Origin: the human T2T-CHM13v2.0 reference genome, Homo sapiens
Assembly (NCBI RefSeq): GCF_009914755.1
Contig: NC_060926.1
Strand: one strand, 5' to 3'
Length of the DNA stretch: 64,000 nt
The position numbers and the translations under genes are program-made. Each line of letters begins with the position of its first letter. Position 1 is the first letter of the stretch. A model generated the notes under the pieces. That model was not told where the DNA came from. It did not search any database and saw nothing but the letters and a program-made list of their open reading frames with translations. Shown here in pieces: positions 1 to 13,067 of the stretch.

Positions 1-418
1 ACTGTGGCTACTCCCTCTGGTGGTCACTTCCCAGGCACCGGACCCTCCTGCTGCTCCCAGGGAAGGCAAGGGCTGGACACTCAGGGAACTGCTCTGGCTT
101 CCAGCAGTCCTGCATTTAGCCAGTCCCCTGCAACCTGGTGCCCAAATAGTTTGGCTTAGGCAGGCATGAGCCCTGCAAACATGAGGATGCCCACTCAAAG
201 GGATGCAGTGATACACATCAATGAAAACAGTGCATGGGGCAAAATCAGAGCTTTGACCAAAAAGAGTTTAAATGAAACAGGACAAAGAAAAGCAGAATAT
301 GCAGTGAAAACAGTAACTCAAGTGGGTCTGGCCACCTGAAAATTGGACTGATACTCAGCACCTTAGGTCAGCAAGAAAAACCAAACCAAACACATTACCC
401 TGAATAATGGGGAGAATA

Positions 419-591
419 AGGTTATCAGATAAAATACAGGACACTGATTAAATTTCCATTTTAGATATGTAATGAATAATTTTTTAGTGTGTCCCAAATA
501 TCACAAGTCATACTAAAATTATTTGTTGTTTTGTTGAAATTCCAGTTCAACTGGGTGTACTCTATTTTTATTTGTTAAATCTAACATCCCT
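419..591. mobile_element. MER53-like palindromic hAT MITE
   Basis: aggttatcagataaaatacaggacac...tatttgttaaatctaacatccct resembles the MER53 consensus ends; internally self-complementary. Confidence 0.8.
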
Positions 592-1379
592 GCTAGAACT
601 AAGTGGTGTCCATTCCATTCTTAGACTCTAAGTGCAGCCCTGTACAAGTCCAACAAAGGTCAGCTGTAAATGAGTAATAGTTAGATGTTTGTATATGGAG
701 AACAGTTTTCTTTAAAAACAAATCACTACTTTGCAGAGAGGAAGATGAAGAGAAGAAATCTAAATTCAGGATGACTTATTAAAGAAAACCCCCTGTTCTG
801 GGAGTCTCAGATGACGTGGTTTCTCATCCCAGGCTTTGTGACCTGTGCAAGTCACTTCATTTTTACATGAAAGGGTTAGTTTGAGGATGGAACTTGGAAA
901 TCACTGGGTTCTATTAAACCCTAATGTCATGATTCTATTCAATTAGAACTATGTGAATAGGGGAAATGCACTTACGTTCTAGATCCTAGGAATACAAAAC
1001 TGGAAGACACTTGTTTCAGCTTGAAAGATGCAGATACTAAATTTTCTGGCAGATACAGAATATATGTGGCCACGTTCTAAGAAATGATGTCATAGGGCTG
1101 AGCCAGAAACATGCTCAGAAAGGATGGAGGTAAAATCATAAACTCAAGATTTTTATTTGGCCTCAAGATGTAAGGGGTTCCTCCCAAACATTCTGAGGCT
1201 GATAAGATGGAAGAGAAGCATGCCCCTCCCTAACACATCCTTATCTAAGACAATATCTCATTTCAAATGCATTGTTGCTGTGAGAATACTTTCCGAAAAT
1301 AAAACCCAGTGGATCCCAGTGAAGAGAATCTGTTTCAGAAATGGTAAAGCTCAGTTAATCATGAAAGATAAGGATAAGG

Positions 1380-2066
1380 CCTCGTGAAGGTCATACCAAT
1401 AGCCGGCAGAAGTCAAGTATATGGATTCATGGCAATAATGAAGATAAATATCAAGTTTGTCATTACAGCTATTTCTTCTCTACACATAGCAAGAATGTTT
1501 TCCAAAGGAGACTGATTCAGTCTAAACTTGGAAATCATTTCGGAACTACAAAAGTTGAAAAGCTTACCTTTCTTTTCTAACATAAAAATAAGCAGGAAGG
1601 AAAGGGTAAAGACTGAGTTAACTCCAAAATATAATATTACAAGTGTTTTGGGTTGGACCTGTCTCAAACAGTTCAATTTATCTCAGCAAAAACACATTTT
1701 TACACTTACAGCAAAAAATAGTTAAACATTCCAAAGTGCACATGTTTATTTTGTTGGGAAAATTATACACATTTGTTTGATTAGCTTTGGTAAATAAAAT
1801 AACCTAGTCACCACTCAAGACTCAGACGTGGCTGCAAAATTGATTCAATGAAATGTCAAAATAAATCATAGCTTAAAAATGCATGGTATGTAACTTCTAA
1901 AAATGAAAACCACATCTATCTCTGTCAGAGTTGTGAAGACTGTGCATTAAAATTATATCAAAAATGAATGCAGTTTTGAAGGAAAACTATTGATTTAATC
2001 GACTCTTCCTGACTAGTGATTCAAATCATGATTTGAATCAATTTGATTTTAATCGAGCCCACCCTA
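1380..2066 (+). mobile_element. Zaphod-like hAT-Tip100 transposon fossil (3' end with degenerate transposase C-terminus)
   Basis: 1465-1580 translates with one frameshift to TAISSLHIARMFSKG/LIQSKLGNHFGTTKVEKLTFLF*, resembling the hAT dimerisation motif (SA-ER-FS...SKLRN-LG-EK--KL-F). Terminus ...gatttgaatcaatttgattttaatcgagcccaccct. 5' boundary uncertain. Confidence 0.65.
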
Positions 2067-2895
2067 TCCAAAAGTCATTTATACATGCCTTTGGAGTGCA
2101 AGATGTTATTTTCAGCAGTCTATTTATCTTCCTAGTTATAGGACACTCAGACTGATATAAAAAGAGTTGTGTTGCCTATGTCACATCAACAGGGCAGGGA
2201 GCAGAGGCTCCTACAAACTTACCTAGTTGCAAATAATCCCAGTAAGGCCAACCACGCACCAACTATAAGTAATAAGGGACTGACCAACAGTCTCAAGGAT
2301 GCCAGGACCTGAAATCGGGCAGAGTCCTGGGACAGTCAGTGGACTGCAGACAGTCCTAGCAACAGGGAAGAGGAATGCTTCCTGACCTACAGATAACACA
2401 CAACAAGCAGGGCACTTGGCCTCAGGCAGGGGCCAAGGCAGCCTCAGGATCCAGAAAGCAGACAGAAAGGCCAAGTCTCCACAAACAGTTCAAGTGCAAC
2501 TCTTGTCTCTTGCAGAATTCTGAGATGTGGAGGTCAGGAACAAGGCTGGCCTCAATCACCAGGGCTGTAATAGTCAGCAGGTCTCAGTCACAGATGGAGC
2601 TGAAAGCCAGAGATCAGGACAAGGCAGATGCTTGGAGAAAGCCAGTTTCTAGAACCAAAGGACTAGGAGGCTGACCTGAAGCTGAAAACATGAATTAGGT
2701 ATTCAAGGCAATTATGCAAGGGTTGATCAGGTGAACTAACTATAACCTCTGCCTCTGCTGCCTGAAGGGTATTATCTACCTCGTAAAAAATTGTAAGTGT
2801 GTGGCATAAGTCTTGGCATATGGAAAGTGCTCAATGTTAGTTACTGATGATAATGATGATGATAAAAAGGAAGAAATAATGATAAAAAAGAAATT

Positions 2896-3423
<528 letters not shown>

Positions 3424-4899
3424 TTAGCTGTGGGGATCAGAGGGGGGTGGAAGCAGGGAGCCAAGCACCACACGTTCTTGGATATAGAACTGAGTTTTTG
3501 TTGTATGAGGATCATGGTCTGGCTTTTCCCTTCAAGGCACTTGGTGAAAGGAATGTAGTGAATCGATAATCATTAACGAGCTGTCTGGTCTAATCATTTC
3601 CTCCCATTCGTTCCAGTTAATAAGAAAACAGAACAAGGAGGGAAGAGGAGGAGGGTGAGGAAGCAGGATCTGGCCGTGTCTGGGTTCACTGAGTTTCAGC
3701 TGAGCTCAAAGGTCCCATCCTTCACCCAGTTTTAACCTCCACCCTATGCCCCACTGCGTGAGTCTGGCACAAGGCAAGCACTCAATCTATATGCACAGTA
3801 TCTGAGAAAGTTGATCAGTGGGATTGGGATCAGATCTGCTGCCTCCTTGGACGTGTCTTTGTGGAAAGGTGTAGGTGCCTGGCTAGGAATGACTGTGACG
3901 AAGCCATGGTTCAGTGGGCAGGCACTGCTGCCCTGTGCTAGGCAGCCCAAGGTCCAAGTCCTTCCCTATGTGTGATCTGAGGACAGGGCAGTTACACAAC
4001 CTTGCACCTACTCCCGCTCATGCTGCTGCTGCTGAGTCTCAAAACAGCCAAAGCAAGGAGAAGCCGGAGAAGTCCTGGTGAAAGGCTGTGTGGTTGGTGA
4101 GCTGCCGGGGATCTCGCGGTTTTCTCAGGGATTTATGGGTGGATTTAGGAACATGATATCTAGAGGTTGCTTGTATATAGCCCAGTAGGGGAGAAAGAGC
4201 GCTGGATTCAAAGTCAGAACCTGGATGTTTATCTCAGCTCAGCCACTCCACAAATGCAGCTCAGCTAACACATACTGAACAAGCATCGGGACTGGCCACT
4301 GTGTGGGATACTTCCTCCAATTTTATCCTTTTATCCTCAACACAACCGATTATTATGCCCCATTTTATTGATAAGGAAACGGTCTCAGAGAGGTGGAAAC
4401 TGAGGCTAAGAGAGGTAAGCCTGGTCAAGACAACATACTACATACGTGGTTTAGCGTGTTGGCTGAAGCTCAAAGAGGTAATGCTGGAATCTTGAAGACA
4501 TGGGTCAGGACAGGTACTGGGAACATGTACTGAACTGATGATGGCTGATTCAAGGAACAAAGAATCTCAGGGCCAGAGGAAGAGCCTTCTTTGGACCAGG
4601 CAGCCAGCATGGCATGTAAAGCACGGCAGTTGATGTGTCTAGCTCCAGATGTTTATAAAAGACTTTAGTGCCCTGAGGTGATGCTCAGCTTGCCTGGGCC
4701 ATGGAGTGGGGTATATTCTTGGAAACACTGCTAAGGGAAGCATGGGTGCAAACATGTCAAACAAGACTGGAATAATGGGTCTCTCTGCTCCTTGGTAGCT
4801 GAGCAGCCTAATGCAAGTCATTTAACCTCCCTGAACCTCAGTCGCTTCATCTAACCTGGCTCACCCACAGCTGGTGTGAAGATTAAAGGTAAAGTGTGT

Positions 4900-5197
4900 G
4901 GCCGAGTGCAGTGGCTTCACGCCTGTAATCCCAGCACTTTGGGAGGCCAAGGCAGGTGGATTGCCTGAGGTCAGGAGTTCGAGACCAGCCTAGCCAACAT
5001 GGTGAAACCCCATCTCTACTAAAAATACAAAAATTAACCAGGCATGGTGGCATGCACCTGTAATCCCAGCTACTCAGGAGGCTGAGGCAGGAGAATTACT
5101 TGAACCTGGGAGGCAGAGGCTGCAGTGAGTGCCAAGATCGCACCATTGTACTCCAGCCAGGGTGACAGAACGAGACTCCATCTAAAAAAAAAAAAAA
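4900..5197 (+). mobile_element. Alu (AluSx-like) inserted in a MIR fragment
   Basis: Full dimer with poly-A; preceded by MIR core gcaagtcatttaacctccctgaacctcagt. Confidence 0.95.
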
Positions 5198-5932
5198 GTA
5201 ACATGTGTGACACGCTTTGCACTGCATGGGACACAGTGTAGTACTCCGTGCAGGGGAACATCATTCAAGCACATTTGCTAAGCTGCCAGGTAAAGCCAAA
5301 TGAAAGCTATCTGACTCCCCCATTAGTGGCATTTAACCATGCCAGACTAATTTGCCTAACTAGAAATCTGACTCGAAATCTCCATGCCCCACTCCCTCAT
5401 CTTCCAGGCATTCGGAAAGGCAGGCTTGGATCTCCTTGGCACATTTACTACCAGGGACATCGGGGTACCCCAGAGCTATCAGGACAATGAGAAGGGCCTC
5501 CAGAGAGAGGGAGGGGCTCGTGCTAAAGCATGACCTTCAGGGCCTCCAAAAGATGCTCCCAAGAATGGCTGCAGAAGAGTTCAACTCCAAGTCGATGACA
5601 ACAAGGGAAGGTTAATCACAGGGAGGCACAGGGCCACAGGGCAGGAGGCACATGGAGTAGGCAGGGAAGTCAGCTTCTGCTGCAACCTGGCCTGGGCACT
5701 GATGTGCTCCATGCCACGGCACCTGGGAAAACTCAGTCCCAGACTGACTTCCACCACCTCTATCACCCAGTCCCCTTCTCCTCCGGTATCTCCCTCCACC
5801 CTCAGGGGCTCATGAGAAGTCTCTTCATTTCCTTTTGCTGCACTGCGGGGACCCCTCAGCTCCTCTGTGCTTTCTTGAACTGATGATCAGTTATTTTCCA
5901 CATGTGACACGTGCTCTGCCACTATCACCTCC

Positions 5933-6295
5933 TGTATTAGTCCATTTTCATACTGCTATGAAGAAATACCAGACACTGGTAATTTATAAAGAGAAAGGTT
6001 TGCTGGACTCACAGTTCCACATGGCTGGGGAGGCCTCACAATCATGCAGAAGGCAAAGGAGGAGCAAGGACAGGACTTACATGGCGACAGGCAAGGGAGC
6101 GTTTGCAGGGGAACTAACTGCCCCTTATCATACCATCAGATCTCATGAGACTTACTCGCTATCACAAGAACAGCACCGGAAAACCTGACCCCAAGATTCA
6201 ATTACCTCCCACCAGGTCCCTCCTATGACATGTGGGGATTATGGGAGCTACAATTTAAGATGAGATTTGGGTGGGGACAAAGCCAAGCCATATCA
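5933..6295 (-). mobile_element. THE1 (MaLR) solo LTR
   Basis: tgtattagtccattttcatactgctatg...gggtggggacaaagccaagccatatca is the reverse complement of the THE1 LTR termini. Confidence 0.9.
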
Positions 6296-7635
6296 TTTCC
6301 CCACCCTGGCCATTAGGCCTTCACTACATCCTAGGACCTCTGGACTTGGGCCACACACTACTCTGGACTAAACCTTGGTCTTCAGGCACATAGAGTTGCT
6401 AGCACTCAACTTGCGGCTACCCTCTAAGAAGTCACTGCCTTTAATTACACAAGTCAGCACAGGCCCCCAGCCTTGGGACTGCCCTACTGAGCAGGTCCCT
6501 GCAGTGCCTGGTCTCAGCCATGCTCCTCATCACCAGGCTGTATAGCTTATAGCTCCCTGGGCCCCTAACCTTTTCCTTTCCCTCCCGTGCCAGGCATTTT
6601 TACTGCAGAAGAATGTGACCTTGAGCAAGTAACTTCATCCCTCTGGATCTCGGTTTTCACAAACATAAAGATAGAAGTCATATGAATGATGTTAGCAGTT
6701 TTTCAGCCTTTCAGTGTGAAAAAAAAAAACCATAAAAGGGTATACTTTTACATACATTAACTAAGAAAACGCATGAAGATGAAGAGGCCCTGTGAACTTA
6801 GTAATATCTTCAAATAAATCTATATTTTATTTATTACAACCCCATCATTTGAAAAGTAGAACACATATGAGTGAGATTTATTATTTAGTCCTCCCGTACC
6901 TAAGGAATGGTTGGTGCACTACGGACTCTTGGACCCAGGGTAATAATTCCACCACTCCCTCATGGGTTCACAGCCTGCAGATTGGCGAACAGCAGACTAG
7001 ACAACCTCCAAGGGTCTTTCAAGGTCATAAATTCTACAAAGACTTACCAAGCACCTGCTAGGATGGATACATTCTAATTAGGGAGACAGATAAACTCCAA
7101 GAGAACAAATTTTAAAGCAAGCACTTAATTATGGTAACTGGTAAAAACCCAAGACCAAACTAAAAAATGAGGCAGCATGGGGGAATGTGGCCTTTTAGAT
7201 AGAATGGTAGAAGGCTTCTCTGGGATAGTAACATTTGACCATGTGACCCAGAAGATGATAAGGCACCAGCCATAAGAAAGGGATGGGTGGGGAGAAGAAG
7301 GCAAAGAGCATTCCAGGCAGAAGACACAACTTGACAAAGGCTCTCAGAAGGATGCCAGTGTGGGCTGTTGAATGACCTTTGTGGCTGAGGATGAAGACAT
7401 AGGGGGCAAATTATAGAGGGGAAAAACAGCAATTCTGTCTGGAAGTATTAAGTTTAGGAGTATGCATGACATCCAAGTGGAAATGTTGACACAGCTGAAT
7501 ATAAGAGGAGGCTAAAATTCAGAGATAACTGTGAGAGAAATGCACATTTAGGAGTCAACAGAGAGAAGATATTCCAAATTCTGAAAAGTTAGGGGATCTA
7601 CTGAGGGGAGGGCAGGGGACAGGAGGAGACAGGAA

Positions 7636-7695
7636 AGGAGAGGAGAAGAGAGGAGAGGAGAGGAGAAGAGAGGAGAGGAGAGGCGAGGAGAGGAA
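7636..7695 (+). repeat. (AGGAG)n purine simple repeat
   Basis: Directly visible aggagaggagaagagaggagaggag... tract. Confidence 0.9.
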
Positions 7696-7927
7696 GACCT
7701 CTAGACCAAGTCCTTAGAAACAACACCACTGACTTGGGGAGAGAAGGAAAGAGGCTGGGAGAAGCCAGAGAAGAAAGAGGAAAACCAGGACCTGGTGAAG
7801 TAATCAAATCCAAAAGAGAAAGGAATTCAAGAAGGAGGGAGCAGCCAACCGTGTGGAATGCTATTGAGAGACAGAGAGGGTAAGATTCAGATGAAAGCAC
7901 ATCCATTGGATTTGGCAATACAGATGA

Positions 7928-8294
7928 TGCTATAGACTGAAGGTTTGTGTCCCCTCCAAATCCGTATTTTGAAACCTAAACCCCAATGTGATGGCATTTG
8001 AAGGTACAGCCTCTGGGAGGTGATAAGGTCATTATGATGTACCCCTTATGGATGGATTAGTGCCTGTATAAAAAGAGACTCCAGAGAGCTCCCTCGCCCC
8101 TTTTCTGCAATGTGAGGACACAGCACAATGATAGCGGTCTATGAACCAGAGAGTGGACCTTTGACCAGATACAGAATCCACTGGCGCTTTGATCTAGGAC
8201 TTCCCAGCCTCTAGAACTGTGAGAAATACATTTCTGTTGTTGATAATCCACCCAGTCTATGGTATTCTGTTATAGCAGCCCAAACAAACTCAGA
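7928..8294 (+). mobile_element. MLT1A-like MaLR LTR
   Basis: tgctatagactgaaggtttgtgtcccctccaaatcc...ttatagcagcccaaacaaactcaga. Confidence 0.85.
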
Positions 8295-8461
8295 GAAAAA
8301 AGAGGGGCACAGGTATAGCGATTGCGGCAGAGGCCACTGGAGTGGGATGAAGAGAGATTGAAGGGTAAGGAACATGATGGGGACATGATGTGTTGGCAAC
8401 CGCTTCTAGAAGTCTGGCTATCAAGAGAAACAGAAAAAATGGGACACAAGATGGAAGAACA

Positions 8462-8850
8462 GGGTAGATTATTATTCAGCAAGTACTCTGTCTCCCTCAG
8501 TCTCCATGGGAGGAGTGTATGTCCCATCTCACTGATGTTAAGTTTGGCCAATGGGATGTGCAGATATGCCCTGAGTAGGACTTTGAAATGTGCTTGCCTG
8601 ATTGGGCTTGGCGTCTCGTGGTCCTTCCTTTCTTTGTGAGAACATGTCTTGGGTAGCCTCTGGATGAAGGAGAATGAGCGATGTGTGGCACAGGCTTGGG
8701 ACACAACCCACAACTTGGAGCCCAGCTTAGATCTGTGGAACTCTAACGAACCCACAAACCTGTAAGCAAAAACATATGCTAGTTGTATGCCACTAAGATG
8801 CTGTGGTTATTGGTTGTGCAGAATTATTGTGGATAAAGGTGACTAATACA
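8462..8850 (+). mobile_element. Old MLT1 (H/J-type) LTR
   Basis: tttggccaatgggatgtg core and 3' end ...ttattgtggataaaggtgactaataca. Confidence 0.6.
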
Positions 8851-10639
8851 AGGGAAAATATGCAGTCGGGTGGGGTTATGTTTAGGATGGGTGATGCTAG
8901 ATTATGTGTATATACTAATGGGAATGATGTACTGAGATGAAAGAGGATTTGGCTGCCTGAAAGGGATGAGACAGCTTTGGCAGGGCGATGCCCATGAGAA
9001 TAACAAGAGGGGATAAGATCCTGAAGATTAGCGGAGGGGCTGGCTTTAGATAAGAGGAGGGCTGCATCCTCCATTCTAGCAAGAGGGGAAACAGCAGATG
9101 CAGATACAAGAAGGTTTAAAGGTTTGGTCAGGAAAGATGAGCAGCTTAGATGGGATGACTAATTTCTCAATGAATGATGAAGCACGACCATCAGTGGAGA
9201 ATGTCTTTAGCCTGGGGAGGAGGTGTCTTGTTGCCTGCTGTTTGCCTTTCCTTAAATGTCTTTCTAATTTTCTCTGTAGATCTAAACTCTAAGCCCCTCC
9301 TTCTCCTTGAAATCCTAGCCTACCATGACCCTTCTCCTTCCTATAGCATTTGCAATCTCAACTCGAGTGGGACATCTGATTAGCTCGTCTCATTGTTTGA
9401 AGTAGGATTTAGGCATGCTTTCCCTTCTGCTGAACTTGAGCTTGATGAGACATTCGGATCACGTTTGCTTCTTTTGAGTCCCCCACAGTACCAATGACAT
9501 AGTGATGGTCATGCTGAGGAGGCTTAATAATTACTTGTTAACTGGCTCAAGAAGAAAAAGTATGTGATTGTTACTGTTTCCTCTTATAGACTAGCTGACT
9601 TGGGCCACAGAAAATCAGGGAAGACCAGCTGCTAAGGGGTTAGCCAGCAGAACTATTGTTTCTGGAGACGGACACGTTTTCTGGTTTGGATTTATTTTTT
9701 TTTCTCACTTCTTATGCCAACTTCCCTGAAGCTTGGTCCGTTTTCTTCACTGCTTCAAGAATTCTTTCATCAATCCTGCCGTGGACATACTGACATCTTT
9801 CCTGAGAAAGCAGAGGGTTATTTTCTAGATGTTCTTTAATGCCATTGCTTAGAGGGCTTTCTGTTTTATTTTTAATGAAACAAAAAGCACCAGATCTGAC
9901 AGGTAATGCTAGGGAGCCCATATTTCGTGCAAGGGATCCCAGAAATACCAAGCAGCTGGCGTGCTAGTTCCAAAGCTACCATGCAGACCTTGTTTATACC
10001 TGAAAGACAGCAGAGGGAGCTTGTTCTCAAAGGCCTCCCCAGCCTCAGTCAAACTGGCTGAATGGACCTTAGAGTCTCAGTCTGACAGTTTCACAAGGTT
10101 CTGTGTGCCACCTTCAACACTCATCCAAGTTACATGCAGAGGAAACAGAGCTGATCCAGAGAACTCCATTGCCTGGCAACTGGGACACCATGGACTAACT
10201 TGTAAGGCAAGGGTGGGTGTCCACTCCTCCATCCCCTCAAGGGCTCCGATCCACCCTCCCAAGTTCCCATCATTTCCAGACACCAAAAGTATCAGGCCAA
10301 CCCACCCCTCCTCCACTGATGGAGCAAAGTGTCCCTCAAGAAGGCCCCCAGTTCACAGCCAGGCTGGGTGAGGGCCCCCTCTTCTGAGATCCCCAGACCA
10401 CCCTACTCTCACCTTCTAGCCAAGCTCTGACGATAACACTAGGTACTTCCCCCACTGCACTCAGAGCTCCCTGGGACTGGAGCTGCATCTGATTCACCTG
10501 TATTTCCTTCTCTAGCCAGGCACACGTGGATGGCCAATGAATGGCTTCTTAGACGTTAACAGCACAGGTAGGCAGCGCATCTGACGCACCTGGAGAAAGC
10601 TCCAGCTCTGCTTGCACTGCCTAAGGCAGTCCCTTCATC

Positions 10640-10935
10640 TTTTTTTTTTTTTTTTTTTTTTTTTTGACAGAGTTTCACTCTTGTTGCCCAGGCTGGAGTG
10701 CAATGATGTGGTCTCGACTCACTATAGCCTCCGCCTTCTGGGTTCAAGTCATTCTCCTGCCTCAGCCTTCCAAGGAGCTGGGATTACAGGCTCATACCTG
10801 GCTAATTTTTGTATTTTTAGTAGAGACGGGGTTTCGCCATGTTGGCCAGGCTGGTCTCGAACTCCTGACCTCAGGTGATCCACCCGCTTCGGCCTCCCAA
10901 AGTGCTGGGATTACAGGCATGAGCCACCACATCCC
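10640..10935 (-). mobile_element. Alu (AluSq/Sp-like) with 20-bp TSD
   Basis: Poly-T then gacagagtttcactcttgttgcccagg...; TSD aaggcagtcccttcatcttt at 10623-10642 and 10949-10968. Confidence 0.95.
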
Positions 10936-11291
10936 TAAAGATGAAGGGAAGGCAGTCCCTTCATCTTTAAGGGACTTTTTCCTCATCTGTGAAGAGAACA
11001 TTAAAAATATCTACTTCACTGGCACTGTGAGAAGTAAGTAATGCACATTTTATAAACTGGCGAGTGTTTTACAAAGTGAGTACTAATTCACACTTAAGTT
11101 TTAGAGGCTGTATTACCTCCCTCAAAAATATTTTCACTTTTAAACCGACCCTCTGATGTGTCCTTTTCCTCTTTTATGAAGGACAATGCCTTCCTCCTTC
11201 AGCAGTGAAGGTATTTCAGGCATGAGTGAAAGAAACTGGGTTTGCTTTGACTGGGGGAGGTAATCAGGACCCTAAACGACAGAATATGGAC

Positions 11292-11626
11292 CAGAAATCA
11301 GTAAACTATGGCCTGAGGCCCAAATCCTACCCACCCCCCATTTCTGCAGGACAGGGGAGCTAGAAGGGCTTTTGCATTTTTAAATGGTTGAAAAAAAGTC
11401 AAAAGGAGAATATTTTGTGATACATAAAAATTATATGAAATTCAATTTACAGTATCTATAAATAAAGTTTTATTGGAACACACCATGCTCATTTGTTTAC
11501 ATATCATCTGTGGATGCTTTTGTGCCACACCAGGAGAGCTGAGTGGTTGTGACAGAGACCATAAGGCCTGTAAAGCTACAAATATTTACTAATTAGTTTT
11601 TTAACAGAAAAGTTTGCCAACTCCTG
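11292..11626. mobile_element. MER58B-like hAT-Charlie element
   Basis: cagtaaactatggcc...aaataaagttttattggaacacacc...gaaaagtttgccaactcctg. Confidence 0.85.
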
Positions 11627-11707
11627 ATAGAGATCATCTCTGTACTTGCCCCAAGGCCACTCCTGTGAAAGGATCTAGAATGAGTCAAGATTTTATTCTG
11701 GGAATTC

Positions 11708-12632
11708 TATTTTAGTCCATCCAGGCTGCTATAACAAAATACTATAAACTAGGTGGCTTACAAATAACAAATTTATTTATCACAGTTCTGGAACCTGAAA
11801 AGTCCTAGATCAAAGCACCAGCAGATTCAGTGTGTGGTGAGGGTTTGCTCTCTGATTCACAGACAGCCATCTTCTCGCTGTTGCCTAACAGGGTGGAAGG
11901 GATAAGGGAGCCCTCTGGGGTCTTGTGATGGTTAATACTTAGTGTCAGTCAACCTGATTGGATTGAAGGATCCAAAGTATTGTTCCTGGGTGTGTCTGTG
12001 AGGGTGTTGCCAAGGAGATGAACATTTGAGTCAATGCACTGGGTGAGGCAGACCCACCCTCAATGTGGGTGGGCACCATCCAATCAGCTGCCAGTGCGGC
12101 TAGAATAAACCAGGCAGAAGAAGGTGGAAGGAGCCAACTTCATGAGTCTTCCACCCTTCATCTTTCTGCCGTGCTGGATGCTTCCTGCCCTCAAACATCA
12201 GACTCTAAGTTCTTCAGCTTTTGAACTCTTGGACTTACACCAGTGGTTCGCCTGGAGCTCTCAGGACTTTGGCCATAGACTGAAGCTTGCACCGTTGGCT
12301 TCCCTACTTTTGAGGTTTTGAGACTTAGACTGGCTTCTTTGCTCCTCAGCTTGCAGACAGTCTATTGTGGGACCTCACCTTGTGATCATGTGAGCCAATT
12401 TTCCTTAATAAACTCCCCTTCATATATATATATATATATATCTCCTATTAGTTCTGTCCCTTTAGAGAACCCTGACTAATACAGATCTCTTTTATAAAGG
12501 CACTAATCTATTCATGAGGGTCCCACCCTCATGACTCATCACCTACCAGAGGCCTTACCTCCTAAATCATCACAGTTGGGGTTAAGTTCATTATAATAAT
12601 TTTGTGGAGACACAAATATTCAATCTACAGCA
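11708..12632 (-). mobile_element. MLT1A-like LTR split by a nested MLT2A
   Basis: ttagtccatccaggctgctataacaaaatac... resumes after 12483 and ends ...gacacaaatattcaatctacagca. Confidence 0.8.
11924..12483 (+). mobile_element. MLT2A (ERV-L) solo LTR
   Basis: tgtgatggttaatact...tgattggattgaagg...(TA)n...gagaaccctgactaataca; imperfect 5-bp TSD ggtct/gatct. Confidence 0.9.
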
Positions 12633-12987
12633 GAGGGATATAGACAAAACAGATCATATTCTGAAGAACAACCAGGAACATGCTGAGACTCAGACATGTG
12701 TCACGGGAAGAATGGTCAATAATTTCAGGGTGTCTTCAATTATCCAAACACCTGTCATGAAGAAAGGAGATAAGGCTCCCTCTCCATGGCTTCAAAAAGT
12801 CAACCTGGGACTGGAGACCCATTTCAGTCAATATAAAAAATCATCTTCAGCTGTCTGAGCTGTTTCAGGGGATGAGTTCCCTGTCATTACATGTATTCAC
12901 AGAAAAACAAATGTACAGTGTAGTGAATATACAATGTAGTGATCAATGCAAGATGACCATTGGGTCACTAACATGGGTACCCTTTCA

Positions 12988-13067
12988 TTAGGTTGGTGCA
13001 AAAGTAATTGTGGTTTGGGCCATTACTTTTAATGGCAAAAATTGCAATTACTTTTGCATCAACCTAA
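12988..13067. mobile_element. MADE1 (Hsmar1-derived 80-bp MITE)
   Basis: ttaggttggtgcaaaagtaattg...caattacttttgcatcaacctaa; 80 bp; TA on the right flank. Confidence 0.92.

Larger units (their letters stand above)
7050..9170 (-). mobile_element. Fragmented L2 interrupted by MLT1 LTRs and a purine repeat
   Basis: L2 3' motifs such as aagagcattccaggcagaagacacaacttgacaaaggc. Boundaries approximate. Confidence 0.65.

Noticed and set aside
1380-1600. Domesticated hAT transposase gene
   Set aside because: Only a short frameshifted C-terminal remnant; no intact ORF.
12988-13067. MADE1 hairpin as a miR-548-type precursor (likewise MER53 at 419-591 as miR-1302-type)
   Set aside because: Hairpin shape is intrinsic to these abundant MITEs; processing cannot be shown from sequence alone.
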